Assembly (NCBI GenBank): GCA_000092065.1
Contig: CP000589.1
DNA: 64,000 nt
Reading direction: 5' to 3' (one strand)
From: Ostreococcus lucimarinus
Taxonomy: Eukaryota
Both the position numbers and the translations under genes were made by a program. The notes under the pieces were generated by a model that saw only the letters and a list, made by a program, of their open reading frames with translations, was not told the DNA's origin and did no database searches. Shown here one piece after another: positions 27,463 to 38,046 of this stretch. The stretch's first letter is position 1. Each line of letters opens with the position of its first letter.

Positions 27463-28477
27463 CGGCGGCGAAGTCTTCGAAGAAAACCTTCTGACTCTTG
27501 GCGTAGACGTCGACGTACTTCTTGAAGTCGGCGTCTTCGATGAGCGCGATGTCGCTCGGAAGCATCATCAAGTTGCCGCTCGGGTCTTTGTATTGGAACT
27601 TTTTGGCGTCCGGATTCGGCTCCCACTTCAAGCCTTTGAGGAGGACGAAGTAGGAGTTGTTGAACAGCAACGGCGTCCCGCTCCACGGTCCGACGTAACC
27701 GGACGCGTCGGCGTGACAACGACCGAGGGCGTGGGCGCCGCTCAACGCGACGATTTCTCGATCGTCGAAACCCATGCGGTAGAAGACGTCGCGCAAGCCT
27801 TGCCTCGTCTTCGGTCCAGGGCCGTCGCCCTTGTCGGCGTCGGGCAAGCGCCCGTCGGGGGTGACCGCCTCGGGATCCATCTCGTCGACGCGACCGTACG
27901 AAAACTTCAACTTCGGCCCGCCCATCTCTTCGATCGCCACGACGCCGACGAACGCGATGAGATCGGCCCACGATACGTCCGGGTGCCGCTTCTTGATCGG
28001 CTCGAGCTTCGCGATCGCCTTATCCAGTCCCGCGTTCCCGCCGTGCGCGAGTTCCTCTTTAAACCGAATCGTCCCGCCGCCGCTCCCACCAGTCTTGCCC
28101 ATCCGGTCGTACGTCCCGGACGAGTGCCACGCGAGTCGCACGAGCGTCGGCCCGAAGTCCGCGTCGGCGCGCGTCAGCTCGACCGCGTCCCGTCGAACCG
28201 ACGCGAAGCGTTCCTCCGCCGTCGCCGCGCGCGCGGGCGCGACGTCGAACGCCGCGAAGAGCGCCGGCGCGAGCGCGATCGACGCGAGCGCGCGTCGTCG
28301 CGGCGTCGATGAATCGGATGGCGATTCGTCCGAAACGACGTTTCGGACGACCGTCGCGCGCGGACGCGGACGCGTCGCCGCGCGCGTCGCGCGAGCGCGC
28401 GTCGAAGCCGACCCGATCGCCGCGCCGAGCTTCGCGCGCGCCGTCGTCGTCGTCGTCGTCGTCGTCGTCGCGCGCAT
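27410..28477 (-). CDS. APX: ascorbate peroxidase (class I haem peroxidase) with Ser/Thr/Arg-rich organellar transit peptide
   Basis: LVRLAWHSSGTYD...GGSGGGTIRF..EL.HGGNAGL...PDVSWADLIAFVGVVAIEEMGGP...SGAHALGRCH...GPW. Start moved from 28672 to ATG 28477 (MRATTTTTTTTTARAK...). Confidence 0.85.
   Translation of the reverse strand: MRATTTTTTTTTARAKLGAAIGSASTRARATRAATRPRPRATVVRNVVSDESPSDSSTPRRRALASIALAPALFAAFDVAPARAATAEERFASVRRDAVELTRADADFGPTLVRLAWHSSGTYDRMGKTGGSGGGTIRFKEELAHGGNAGLDKAIAKLEPIKKRHPDVSWADLIAFVGVVAIEEMGGPKLKFSYGRVDEMDPEAVTPDGRLPDADKGDGPGPKTRQGLRDVFYRMGFDDREIVALSGAHALGRCHADASGYVGPWSGTPLLFNNSYFVLLKGLKWEPNPDAKKFQYKDPSGNLMMLPSDIALIEDADFKKYVDVYAKSQKVFFEDFAAAFEKLETLGTSGLTALG
28441..28470. 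repeat. (GTC)n microsatellite encoding the poly-Thr run in the APX transit peptide
   Basis: CGTCGTCGTCGTCGTCGTCGTCGTCG. Confidence 0.8.
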
Positions 28478-28534
28478 GATTAAAACGTGCGAAAAAGTGC
28501 GGTTGTGTCGTAACCGTCCGCCGAATTCCGCAGA

Positions 28535-29701
28535 ATGTCGCGCACCGCGCGCGCGCCATCGACGCGCGTCGCGCGCGTCCCGACGACGAGAGCGTCGACA
28601 TCGCGCGCGCGCGCGTCGGCGATGCGCGACGTCGCGGGCGTGTACGCCGTCAGTGACGTGCACGTCGATCACGAGAAAAACGCCGCGTGGGTGCGCGCAC
28701 TTCGACGTCGCGATGACGTGGACGTCGCGTGCGTGTGCGGAGACGTGAGCGACGATTTAGACGCGCTCGAGGAGACGCTCGAGGGATTCAAGCGCGCGGC
28801 GTTCGCGGAGGTGTTTTATACGTTCGGAAACCACGAGCTGTGGTTGGGCGAAGCCGACGAGACGCGCGGGACGAAGGATTCCAAGGCGAAGATCGAAGAA
28901 GTGTTCGCGATGTGCGCGAGAATAGGGGTGCGGACGTCGCCGATGAAGGTTTGCGATGGGCTTTGGATCGCACCGGTGCACTCGTACCATCATAAGGCGT
29001 TCGACACCGAGCCCGAGGTCGCAGAAGCGGTGCCGCCGGTGGAGCGCGTCATGAACGATTTTCGGTTCTCGAAGTGGCCCGATGGGATGGACGATCGCGA
29101 TTCCGACGACGTCGCGCGATATTGCGATTCACTGAACGATGGCGCGGCGTGGGAGACGTTCTTGCGATCGATCGAGCGGGGCGATAGGGTCGTTAGCTTC
29201 TCCCACTTTCTTCCTCGACTCGAGCTGTTGCCGGAGAAACGCATGCTTTTTTATCCGAAACTCGCGCAAGCGAGCGGTTCGGTTCATCTGCGCAAACGCG
29301 TGGAAGAAATTAAGTCACGCATTAACGATGGTGATATGACGCACGTGTTTGGGCACACGCATTTCGGTTGGAATACGCAAATCGACGGAGTCAGATACGT
29401 CCAGGCGTCGTTGGCGACACCGAAGGAGTGGCAAAAACGCCCGCGTAGTTTAATCATAGGCAACTGGACGAACGCACAACCCGAACCTATGTGCGTATAC
29501 ACGAAAGCGCGTTCGCTGGGGGTCGTCGACGACGCGAAGGCGATGTGGAGCGAGTATTACGCGAAGAATCGTAGAACGCCGGAAGACGTCGAATTGGCGC
29601 CGCACGCGCGCGAGTTCGTTCAAAGGCGCTGGGGCGATCGTCGATTAGAGTCGAACGGCGCTGATGCGCCGTTACCAGGCGCGACGGGTCGGGTCAAGTA
29701 G
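28535..29701 (+). CDS. calcineurin-like metallophosphoesterase (MPP superfamily); start 28535 or 28622
   Basis: VYAVSDVHVDHEKN...VCGDVSDD...TFGNHELW...FSHFLP...GHTHFGWN gives the GDxHx(n)GDxxD..GNHE metallophosphatase signature. Confidence 0.7.
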   Translation: MSRTARAPSTRVARVPTTRASTSRARASAMRDVAGVYAVSDVHVDHEKNAAWVRALRRRDDVDVACVCGDVSDDLDALEETLEGFKRAAFAEVFYTFGNHELWLGEADETRGTKDSKAKIEEVFAMCARIGVRTSPMKVCDGLWIAPVHSYHHKAFDTEPEVAEAVPPVERVMNDFRFSKWPDGMDDRDSDDVARYCDSLNDGAAWETFLRSIERGDRVVSFSHFLPRLELLPEKRMLFYPKLAQASGSVHLRKRVEEIKSRINDGDMTHVFGHTHFGWNTQIDGVRYVQASLATPKEWQKRPRSLIIGNWTNAQPEPMCVYTKARSLGVVDDAKAMWSEYYAKNRRTPEDVELAPHAREFVQRRWGDRRLESNGADAPLPGATGRVK

Positions 29702-29806
29702 TTTAGCATATAGCATATAGCGTTGGATGATATTTATACGTGATGTCGGTCTCGAAAATGAACAAGACGTGAAATAATGGGCGGTGGTTGGTGCTTTGGA
29801 GGGATT

Positions 29807-30556
29807 TTACGCTACGACGCGCGCCTCGCCGCCTAACAATCGTCGATGGTTGAGAACGATGTGTAGGAAATACCCAGCGAGCACGAGATTGAGCGCAGTA
29901 CACAGCGTTTGCACGCTGCGCGTCTTAAACGTCATCACAAACATCCAAAACGCGGGAATCGACGCCGCGAGCTTCTTGTCGAGCGTGTGCACGGTGTCCA
30001 TGTCGTGAAAATACAGCAACATCACCCCAAGCAGCGCGGTCGTCAAGTACACGCCCCCACTTCCCGTTTCTTCCTTGCCTTTTGAAAACTTTCCCTGTGC
30101 AAAATTCGCCGCCCGTTCGCGCTTGAGCTCGTCGCGAGTCGCGTTCAACTGCTCCCTCAACCGTTCCCGAATCTGTTCCTCTTCCTTTAATTTCGCGCAC
30201 GCCGCGATGAATTTCTCTCGTTCGATCTCCGACATCTTTCGAAACGCCTCAATCTTCTCGCTCGACGACCGCGAATACTCGCGAAATATCTCGCCGTCGT
30301 CTTTGATTTCCGCCGCGCACGCCGCCGCCAGGCTCGGCTTCAACGCCAGCGCGTACAACCCGCGCAACAGCGCCCGCACGTCCGTGCCGCGAGACATCGT
30401 CAATTCGCGCAGCATCGCGCTCGCGAGCTGCATCGGCAGCGCCGCGAACGCCGCCGCGTGCGCGACGACGCCGAGCGGAAGGACGAACAATGCCAGCGTA
30501 ATCGTTGTGCTCAGCTCTTTCGCGCGTCCGAGCGCGCGCGTCGCCGCGTCCGTCAT
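29807..30556 (-). CDS. hypothetical membrane protein with N- and C-terminal hydrophobic segments and a central K/E/R coiled-coil
   Basis: 249-codon ORF, divergent from the MYST gene. No family recognised. Confidence 0.45.
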   Translation of the reverse strand: MTDAATRALGRAKELSTTITLALFVLPLGVVAHAAAFAALPMQLASAMLRELTMSRGTDVRALLRGLYALALKPSLAAACAAEIKDDGEIFREYSRSSSEKIEAFRKMSEIEREKFIAACAKLKEEEQIRERLREQLNATRDELKRERAANFAQGKFSKGKEETGSGGVYLTTALLGVMLLYFHDMDTVHTLDKKLAASIPAFWMFVMTFKTRSVQTLCTALNLVLAGYFLHIVLNHRRLLGGEARVVA

Positions 30557-30726
30557 CGTTCGAGCGCGCTCGATTCGTGCGATCGGTGTCCTTCGTCCTT
30601 CGCGCGCGTCTCGGCGCCCGTTCGCGGCGCGCGACGCGCGTCGGGCGTCGACGCGCGTCGACGAGTAGCGCGACGGTTCAACGAGATCTGCATTCCCACG
30701 CGCGCGGGCGTCGCGGACGAGCGACG

Positions 30727-32070
30727 ATGGCGCGCGATGACGCGGGGCGGCGCAAAAGCGAGTCCACGTCCGATCGCGCGGGCGCGCTGGACGTCGGCGC
30801 GCGCGTGTGGGCGAAGGCGTCGTTCGATGAAAAACGACGGCTCGGGGAAATCGTCGACGTGCGTCGCGAGGACGGCGTCGCGGTGGCGTATTACGTGCAC
30901 TATAGCGAGTTGAATAAACGCCTGGACGCGTGGGTGCCAGTGGAGGACGTGGAGACGCGTAAGGAGGGCGAGGGCGAGGGTAAGGGCGAGGGCGGCGACG
31001 GTCGAGGCGGCGACGGCGACGGCGGCGGCGCGGGGAGCGCCGACGACGCGCTTGGGGCGCACGGTAGAGTGAACGGGAAGCAGCCGAAGACGTTGACGCG
31101 GAATTCTAAGCGGAGATATAATGAGATACACAACGTGGACGCGCCGGTGGAGGATTTGCCGCCCATGGATCAAATGTTTGAGCGCATGCACGAGGAGAAA
31201 ACAAAGGTGAAGAACGTGCACTCGATCGAGCTCGGGCGGCACGAGATGGACACGTGGTATTATTCTCCGTATCCGGATGACTTCGGAAAGTGTTCCAAGC
31301 TGTACTTGTGTCAGTATTGTTTCAAGTATATGCGAAAGGCGAAGACGTGCGTGCGGCACAAGGCGGAGTGCGAGATGAAGCATCCGCCGGGAAAGCGGGT
31401 TTATCGACATCCACAGGGCGAGGGCGAACCGTTGTTGAGCTTTTGGGAAATCGATGGCGCGCACTTCAAAATGTACTGCCAGAATTTGTGTTTGATGGCG
31501 AAACTATTCTTGGACCATAAGACGCTGTACTTTGATGTCGAACCGTTTATGTTTTACGTGCTCACTGAGTCAATGGATGGAGACGAAACGCACGATATCG
31601 TGGGTTACTTTAGCAAAGAAAAGGTTTCAGTGGACGATTACAACTTGGCGTGTATTTTGACGCTGCCGGCGTATCAACGCAAGGGATATGGCTCATTCTT
31701 AATATCGATGAGCTACGAGCTGAGTCGACGCCAAGGCGTGTACGGCACCCCCGAACGGCCGCTGTCTGATCTCGGACAAGTGAGTTATAGAAGCTATTGG
31801 AGTCGAGTCGTTTTGGACGTGCTCCACAAGCACAGAGGAAACCTCAGCGTGAAGGATCTGAGCTCGATGTTGATGTTTCGCGAGGCAGACATTGTCAGCG
31901 CGTTGCAGTCGCTCAATCTGGTCAAATACTGGAAAGGCCAGCACATCATCTCTTCTTCGCCAAAAATTGTGGAAGAACACTTGAGTAGTTTTGAAAAGAA
32001 ATCCGCTATAGCGGGTACGAGGCTCGAATTCAACCCGGAGTACTTGAATTGGACGGCGCCGCCGATGTAG
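30727..32070 (+). CDS. MYST-family histone acetyltransferase (Esa1/Tip60/MOF-like): tudor-knot chromo-barrel + C2HC zinc finger + MOZ/SAS acetyltransferase domain
   Basis: VGARVWAKASFDEKRRLGEIVDVRR...YYVHYSELNKRLDAWV (chromo barrel). LYLCQYCFKYMRKAKTCVRHKAECEMKHPPG (C2HC). FWEIDGAHFKMYCQNLCLMAKLFLDHKTLYFDVEPFMFYVLTE...VGYFSKEK...NLACILTLPAYQRKGYGSFLISMSYELSRRQG (acetyl-CoA site). Start moved to ATG 30727. Confidence 0.9.
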   Translation: MARDDAGRRKSESTSDRAGALDVGARVWAKASFDEKRRLGEIVDVRREDGVAVAYYVHYSELNKRLDAWVPVEDVETRKEGEGEGKGEGGDGRGGDGDGGGAGSADDALGAHGRVNGKQPKTLTRNSKRRYNEIHNVDAPVEDLPPMDQMFERMHEEKTKVKNVHSIELGRHEMDTWYYSPYPDDFGKCSKLYLCQYCFKYMRKAKTCVRHKAECEMKHPPGKRVYRHPQGEGEPLLSFWEIDGAHFKMYCQNLCLMAKLFLDHKTLYFDVEPFMFYVLTESMDGDETHDIVGYFSKEKVSVDDYNLACILTLPAYQRKGYGSFLISMSYELSRRQGVYGTPERPLSDLGQVSYRSYWSRVVLDVLHKHRGNLSVKDLSSMLMFREADIVSALQSLNLVKYWKGQHIISSSPKIVEEHLSSFEKKSAIAGTRLEFNPEYLNWTAPPM

Positions 32071-32199
32071 CTTTTAAAAACAATACCGTGAAATGTGAGT
32101 TACAAAGACGAAATGCATTAATACAGAAAGAATTATTTTAGAATACTGCCAGACGCCAGACAAAGCACCGAGTGGTGTGCAGTGGGAACGAGAAGACAT

Positions 32200-33510
32200 C
32201 TACGATGAAATCTCGACCCGTCCCTGTCGTTGCAAGCGCCGAATGGCGCCATTTGAGACCACTGATCGAACGGCTTTGGTCGCCGACGCGGCGACCGCGG
32301 GAAGTGTGAGTGAGGATGGAGACACTCGAAGTCCGATTTTCAACGGCGACGAGTCCTCAACCGACTTCGCGCGCGTCAACTTGGCACCTCTCGGCATTGG
32401 TAGTTTCCATCTCGTGCGTAAAAGTTGCGCCTCGACGCCTTTGGCGATACTTTTTGTGACGCTATTTTGTGCATCGAGAGCTAACGACAGCGCCGACCTC
32501 CCGGTCTCCACGAGAAATCCTCCGAACGAAAGCACTTCGCGAACGATGGGGACGTTTTCGGAAGTTCCCGCCACGACGCCCGATCCCCACGTCACGAATC
32601 GTTTAGCCGGAACAAATGGCATGAAGCGAGTGCCCATGCCGAACATGAGCGTCGCGCTGGCGAATCGCCCCGCCTTGTTCCAATTTTCTACGTTCTCGAC
32701 GTCCGTCAAAGCCTTGGTTAACCACAGGTGATGCTCCCAAATTCGTCCCTTATTCTCCTCTAGTCTCTTCATGATGCCGTGCTTCACAAACTTACTGCTC
32801 ACCGCGGTTTCTCGCGTCAAGTAGTAGCACAAGTCGTTGAGGTAATGCCGGCAATCGTTCACGTGTAACTCGTACACCATGTCGCGAGCGTCGTTGAAAC
32901 CGCGAATATCGTCGAGCGACAAGTGTGTCGTCCCCACGAGATATGCTCCATCGGGTAACGAACGCACTTTGTGATCTCTAATCTCCCCCTGTACGCACGA
33001 CGACTTCCTTCGCGCTCTGTGCCTGCCCACGCGACCTCTCGTCATCGCGTACACCGTTTCCCGCGCGCCTTGTTCGCTCGATCTCAGCGTCTTCCCGCCC
33101 GCCAGCGCCAACCAACGATCGTGCACGTCTCCACCCACCGGTCCGAAATCAAACTGTCGCATCTCACCCGTTTTCAAATCTCTGTACACCAGCATGAAGT
33201 GCGCCACGCCCGCTGTCAACAGCGCCTCTCTCGCGCCTCGCGGCAACGCCGAGAATATCCCCTTCCCCCACTCTTGAAACGGTCGACTCACGCAGTACAC
33301 CTCCGCCTCCTTCGTCCCCGAGCGTTCGCGCGCTTCGAGTTCGTCATCGATCGCCTTATCTTTCTCGCTCGCGAATCCCAACCGCCGCGCCGTCGGTCGT
33401 CGTCGGTCGTCGCTCTTTCCCGAGAGACCCGCGCTCGTCGCGACTTTCCCTCGCCTCGCGCCGGGGAACAGCGGTTCGCGCGTCTCGCGCGTCGGCGACG
33501 CGTGCGTCAT
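32200..33510 (-). CDS. hypothetical protein; weak PPPDE/LRAT-like thiol-hydrolase motif (ELHVNDCRHYLNDLCYYLT), unverified
   Basis: The ORF runs to 33840, but that part is R-rich. The internal ATG at 33510 (MTHASPTRE...) is taken as the start. The globular C-terminal 400 aa are non-repetitive. Confidence 0.45.
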   Translation of the reverse strand: MTHASPTRETREPLFPGARRGKVATSAGLSGKSDDRRRPTARRLGFASEKDKAIDDELEARERSGTKEAEVYCVSRPFQEWGKGIFSALPRGAREALLTAGVAHFMLVYRDLKTGEMRQFDFGPVGGDVHDRWLALAGGKTLRSSEQGARETVYAMTRGRVGRHRARRKSSCVQGEIRDHKVRSLPDGAYLVGTTHLSLDDIRGFNDARDMVYELHVNDCRHYLNDLCYYLTRETAVSSKFVKHGIMKRLEENKGRIWEHHLWLTKALTDVENVENWNKAGRFASATLMFGMGTRFMPFVPAKRFVTWGSGVVAGTSENVPIVREVLSFGGFLVETGRSALSLALDAQNSVTKSIAKGVEAQLLRTRWKLPMPRGAKLTRAKSVEDSSPLKIGLRVSPSSLTLPAVAASATKAVRSVVSNGAIRRLQRQGRVEISS

Positions 33511-33836
33511 GATCGTCGCCTTCCCCGCGCCGGTTTCGCGCGCGGTCGCTCGCGCGTCGTCTCGCGCGCGCGCGCAAGATGCGTTGCGTCGGCTCGATCG
33601 ATCGCTTTCTGCGTCCAGGTCAACGCGCGTCGCGCCTCGGCGTCGCGGTCTTCGCCGCGCGCGCGCGCGGTCTTCGCCGCGCGCGGTCTTCGCCGCCGTC
33701 GCCTCGCCGCGCGTCCGTCGCCGCGCGTCGCGGTCTGCGACGCGCGCGTCGAAAGTTCTCGATGCGCCGCGACTCGTGGCTACGGTGCGATCTAAAATGA
33801 TTATTGATACACTATTGATTCCTAAAGCACAACGTA

Positions 33837-34469
33837 TCACGTCGCCGCGCGTTCGCGGCGGCGACGGTCGACGAGCGCGCGCGCGTCCTCGACGAGCGCG
33901 AAAGCGTCCGATGCGAATGCTTCCAACACCCGGTTCCGTCTGGCGGCTTCGTTCGCCTCTTCGGCGAGGGCGGCGCCTTCGGCCGCGTACTGTCTCAACA
34001 ACCCGTCCGCGTCGTCGCAGCGCCGCCTCAACAGCGCCTCCTCCGTGATCCGCGACGCGTCCTCGCCGCCGACTGGCGTCTCTACGGATTCCTCGCGCGC
34101 GCGCGGGGCGACCGCGCGCTCGAGCGAGCGCAACGCGTCGTCGCGTTCGCGCTCCGCGACGCGCGCTCGCTCTCCGAGCCGTCTCGTCTCAGCCTCGAAA
34201 GCCGCTCGAATCCCCGCCGTCGCGTCGGTGTTCGACGTCGACGTCGACGTCGTCGCGCGTTCGACGCGCGCGCGCAGCTCATCGATCGTTCGCGCGTCCT
34301 CCTCCGACTTTCGCTCGACTTGCTCGAGTCTCGATTTCATCGCGCCTAATTCTGCAGTCGCCGTTTCCGCGTACGCCATCGCCGCCGCCGTCGCGCGTCG
34401 CAGCGCACCGCGCAGACGCGCTATTTCTTCGTCTTTATCGTCGTCGCCGCGCGCCATCGCGCCCGCCAT
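33837..34469 (-). CDS. hypothetical coiled-coil protein (A/E/R-rich)
   Basis: The ORF runs to 34697 but overlaps the divergent plus-strand gene. The ATG at 34469 (MAGAMARGDDD...) is taken as the start. Low-complexity composition lowers confidence. Confidence 0.3.
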   Translation of the reverse strand: MAGAMARGDDDKDEEIARLRGALRRATAAAMAYAETATAELGAMKSRLEQVERKSEEDARTIDELRARVERATTSTSTSNTDATAGIRAAFEAETRRLGERARVAERERDDALRSLERAVAPRAREESVETPVGGEDASRITEEALLRRRCDDADGLLRQYAAEGAALAEEANEAARRNRVLEAFASDAFALVEDARALVDRRRRERAAT

Positions 34470-34676
34470 CGCGCGTCGGTGTGCGGATAGAATTTTCGCG
34501 CCAAAAGCGTTGACATCTTCGCGGTGAACACGCGTCACATCGCGAACGAGATGCCGGGCGGTGCGGAGGACGCCGCGTGCGCCGCGACGCGCGTGCGCGG
34601 TGAACTTAACGCCTCGTGGCCGCGCGGAAGAACGCCCGCGAGCGGGTCGACGCCGCTCGTCGCGCTCGCGAAGAAT

Positions 34677-35975
34677 ATGTCCTCGGTGCTTCAACATTTT
34701 GAAGCGGTGAAGACGACGGATGCCGACGACGAGACGACGCAGGTGGCTTCGCTGCGCGCGTTTAGCGAGCGAGAGGTCGTGGTGGATGTGTACGATCGAT
34801 CGGGCGGGGCGACGCGAGCGGTGCGTGAGAAGTTGGGCGCGGTGGGCGGGACGCGGGTGCGGGAAGCCAGAGACGCGAGCGGCGACGGCGACGTCGGGTT
34901 GGTCGTCGTCGACGGGCAGGAAGAAGAGAGTTTCGAAGCGATCGGCAAAATTTTGAAGCAGTCAGGCGTGGCGTCGACGCGAGTGATCGTGCTCGTGTAT
35001 GGGGCGGCGGTGGGGACATTGGAGGAGGCGCGAGCGCGAGCGGCGCGAGAGACGCGAGCGCCGATTGAAAACGTCTTTGCGACGTTTGGGATTTTAGACG
35101 AGTCGACGAGCGAGCGGTTGGATTCGTTGTTGAAGAATCCTCCGCTAAGATCGACGTTGGAGACGTCCGCTGAAGTGAGAGTGTCTGTGCCAGAACCGGT
35201 GTCGGCGTTCGCCTTGGACGACGAAGACGAAGACGAAGACGAAGGTTTGACTTCGATCGCGTTGTCGGACGCGAAGGTCGAGCGTGAAGAATGGGAAACG
35301 ATCGTTCGTGAACACGCGGAGCGATGCTTCGAAGATGCCGTCGACGCCACTATGGAGCAGACGCGACAGTTTTGCTTGCGACGCGCGGAAAAGTTGGCTT
35401 TGCAGTACGAACCGCTGCGTAGTTCTTTATATCAACGGATTAGAGGCGAGCGTTCGAAGACAAAAATCGTGGAGCCGTCGATACAGGCTCGCGTGGCGCC
35501 GCCATCGCAATACGTCGAAGAAATGACGACGACACGTCCGTATAAATTGAATTCCGCGGCGTCGCAACCACTCGGTATCGATATGATCAAGCTTCAATCA
35601 GTGGCGATTTCTGGTGTCGAGCAAGGCGCCGTCGTTGCGTCGCAGGCGGCTGAAAAGGTTGGCTCGTTCCTCAACTGGATCGTAAGCGAGAATGAAGAGA
35701 GCGAGGACGAGCGTAGACGACGAGTTGAGCACGAGCGCGTCTGGCACGAAAGGCGCCAAAAGTTGTGGGATGCCGAGCGCGCGCAACGTGTGGAGACGCA
35801 AAACCGAGGCAAACACTCACCGACGGCGTCCTTCGTCGAAACGACGTCCAAGCTCGTAGACATCATAGACGGTTCGCTTGGCGGCGAATCTCAGCTCGAT
35901 CAAGCCAACGCGAGGATTCGCGCGCTCGAGGCTGCCCTCGCGCGATACGACCCGTCGCACGAGCTGTTGCGCTAA
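34677..35975 (+). CDS. hypothetical protein with acidic stretch and C-terminal coiled coil
   Basis: ORF in frame from ATG 34677 (MSSVLQHFEAV...). No family recognised. Confidence 0.45.
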   Translation: MSSVLQHFEAVKTTDADDETTQVASLRAFSEREVVVDVYDRSGGATRAVREKLGAVGGTRVREARDASGDGDVGLVVVDGQEEESFEAIGKILKQSGVASTRVIVLVYGAAVGTLEEARARAARETRAPIENVFATFGILDESTSERLDSLLKNPPLRSTLETSAEVRVSVPEPVSAFALDDEDEDEDEGLTSIALSDAKVEREEWETIVREHAERCFEDAVDATMEQTRQFCLRRAEKLALQYEPLRSSLYQRIRGERSKTKIVEPSIQARVAPPSQYVEEMTTTRPYKLNSAASQPLGIDMIKLQSVAISGVEQGAVVASQAAEKVGSFLNWIVSENEESEDERRRRVEHERVWHERRQKLWDAERAQRVETQNRGKHSPTASFVETTSKLVDIIDGSLGGESQLDQANARIRALEAALARYDPSHELLR

Positions 35976-36011
35976 ACTAGTATTTGTATTTAACATCCGC
36001 CCGCTTTGCTA

Positions 36012-36683
36012 CTACGTGTCGTCATCCATCAACGCCCGCACCGCCTTCAACTCGCTCAACAACACGCGAAACTTCTCCTCACTCATCTCCATATCCAAGC
36101 GTCCATCATCTACCGTATCCAACGTCAATCGCACCCCCAAGCTGTCTCCCGGCGCTCGATTCTCGTCATCGCCGTCGCTGCTTCCAAACGTCACTCCCCA
36201 CCCTAAATCCCTCAGCCCATTCACTCGCACCGTGGCTCCGAGCGCGGCTCGCCGTAACCCATCTCTGTCTTTCCCATACGACTTACACATCGCCTCGGCG
36301 TGCTCTTTCGGCAATCCAAGCTGCTCGAGCTCCCGACCCAGCGTCGTTTCGTCGACGTCGAAGCGCGTGGCGTTCGCGATCGCGTATTCCAACGCTGCCA
36401 CCACCGCTTCCGCGTCCTCGGGCGTGATGGCGTCGTCGACAACTTTGCGGAACTTGGAGTAATCGACCTGCACGCGCGGCGTCTCCGCGGGTGCCGTCGC
36501 GTCGTTGTCGTCGGTCGATTTCAATGTCCCGAACGGTTGCGCATTCGACGCCGCTGACGCGCGAACGGCGACCAAGTGCGAGCACAACAGGCGGACGCGC
36601 ACGCTGGAAAGCTTGGAGACGGTGAAGATCTCGGCGAGGAACCAATCTGGGGCGTCGCGGTCGCCGAAGATTTTAAACTTCAT
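36012..36683 (-). CDS. COMMD4: COMM-domain protein, COMMD4-like
   Basis: MKFKIFGDRDAPDWFLAEIFTVSKLSSVRVRLLCSHL... is colinear with COMMD4 ([37 protein letters not shown]). ELEQLGLPKEHAEAMCKSY vs ELQQLGLPKEHAASLCRCY. C-terminal COMM domain (EKFRVLLSELKAVRALMD). Confidence 0.8.
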   Translation of the reverse strand: MKFKIFGDRDAPDWFLAEIFTVSKLSSVRVRLLCSHLVAVRASAASNAQPFGTLKSTDDNDATAPAETPRVQVDYSKFRKVVDDAITPEDAEAVVAALEYAIANATRFDVDETTLGRELEQLGLPKEHAEAMCKSYGKDRDGLRRAALGATVRVNGLRDLGWGVTFGSSDGDDENRAPGDSLGVRLTLDTVDDGRLDMEMSEEKFRVLLSELKAVRALMDDDT

Positions 36684-36727
36684 CGCGCCGACGAATGCGG
36701 GCGAGCGACGCGACGTTCACTACAAAG

Positions 36728-37903
36728 TTATGCTAATTTACCTTTTGAATCCTTCGAATCGACGTCGCCGATGGATTCTAAAATCTCACGCGTCTTTTCG
36801 AGCAAATCGTACATGTTCTCGCCCGCGTCCGCGCGGCGCGCGCGCTTGGGACCGATGACGTCGAGCGCGGCGTAGGCGAGCGTCGGGAAGAAACGCACGC
36901 AATACGTCAACGCCATGATGGGCTGTGGCGCCAAGACGAGCTCGTCGACGTCGGCGAGCGCAGAGCGTACGATGCGCGCGGCGACGTAATCGACGTTCAT
37001 GCGACCTTTCGTGGACGGCGGTCGCGCGGCCGTTCGCGAAATTGCCGTTTTTGACGCGCTCGGCGACGGCGTGGAATCCGCCATATTCTTGCGAAATATG
37101 ACGCGCTCTTGGCCGTTCATCCCCGTCGCGATCGGACCTGGGTACACACACACCACCTTCACGCCCGTGTTCGCGATTTCAGAGCGCAACGAGTTTAAAA
37201 ACGCAGCATACGCCGATTTCGCCGCGGCGTACACGGACTGGCCCGGCGCCGGAACTTTGCTCGCGACGCTACACACGCCGACAATCTTCGGCGCGATCGA
37301 GCCCGCCTTTCGCCGACGCGCCGCGGCGACCATTCGCTTCGCGACTTCCTTCGTCAGAGAAATCGCCCCGATCGCGTTTAATTGAAACAACGCCTTGTCC
37401 ACGTCTTCGTCGTCGCCCGCCAAAGCGCTGCACGCCTGCGACCCGCCCGCGGCGTTCACGAACACATCCACCGTCCCACCCGCCGCCTCGAACGCCCTCT
37501 CGCACGCTTCGCTCAGCTCGCTCCGCGTTCCGCACACGTCAAACACCACGCATTTCGCGCTCGCCGCTCCCAACCGCGCGCACTCCTCCGCGACTTCCGC
37601 GCACCGCTCGGCGCGTCGTCCCGACACCACCACCCTCGCCCCGAGTCTCGCGCACGCGCGCGCCGTCGCCTCTCCGAGCCCCTGCGACGCCCCCGTGATC
37701 CACACCGCGCGTCCTCGAAGCGCGCGCGCCGGTCCCCGTCGCGCCGTCGCCCGCGCGACGACCGCGCGCGCCAGCCACGCGAGCGCGAGCGCGAGCGCGA
37801 GCGCGACGCGACGCCGCGCGCGCGCGAGCGCGACGACCGCGACGACGGGCGCGAGCTCGCGCGCGATCGCCGCGCGACGTCCAGCGCGCGCGAACGCCGA
37901 CAT
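36728..37903 (-). CDS. short-chain dehydrogenase/reductase (SDR) with N-terminal hydrophobic anchor
   Basis: VWITGASQGLGEATA (TGxxxGxG), NAAG, and catalytic YAAAKSAY (YxxxK). Confidence 0.8.
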   Translation of the reverse strand: MSAFARAGRRAAIARELAPVVAVVALARARRRVALALALALAWLARAVVARATARRGPARALRGRAVWITGASQGLGEATARACARLGARVVVSGRRAERCAEVAEECARLGAASAKCVVFDVCGTRSELSEACERAFEAAGGTVDVFVNAAGGSQACSALAGDDEDVDKALFQLNAIGAISLTKEVAKRMVAAARRRKAGSIAPKIVGVCSVASKVPAPGQSVYAAAKSAYAAFLNSLRSEIANTGVKVVCVYPGPIATGMNGQERVIFRKNMADSTPSPSASKTAISRTAARPPSTKGRMNVDYVAARIVRSALADVDELVLAPQPIMALTYCVRFFPTLAYAALDVIGPKRARRADAGENMYDLLEKTREILESIGDVDSKDSKGKLA

Positions 37904-38046
37904 CCCGCGTCGCGCGGTGCGGCTGGTCGGCGCGCGCGCGGCGAACGCGAGAGGCGAGAGGCGAAGCCGCGCGCGGTCGTTCGTGAGATTACGATCACAA
38001 GCCGTCGGACGACGAACGCGACGCGCGCGATGAAGATCGATCGCGC

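Noticed and set aside
34524-34676. Upstream 51 codons of ORF 34524..35975 and the 76-codon N-terminal extension of ORF 33837..34697
   Set aside because: The two extensions overlap each other antisense. Trimming to the ATGs at 34677 (+) and 34469 (-) gives a normal divergent pair ~200 bp apart.
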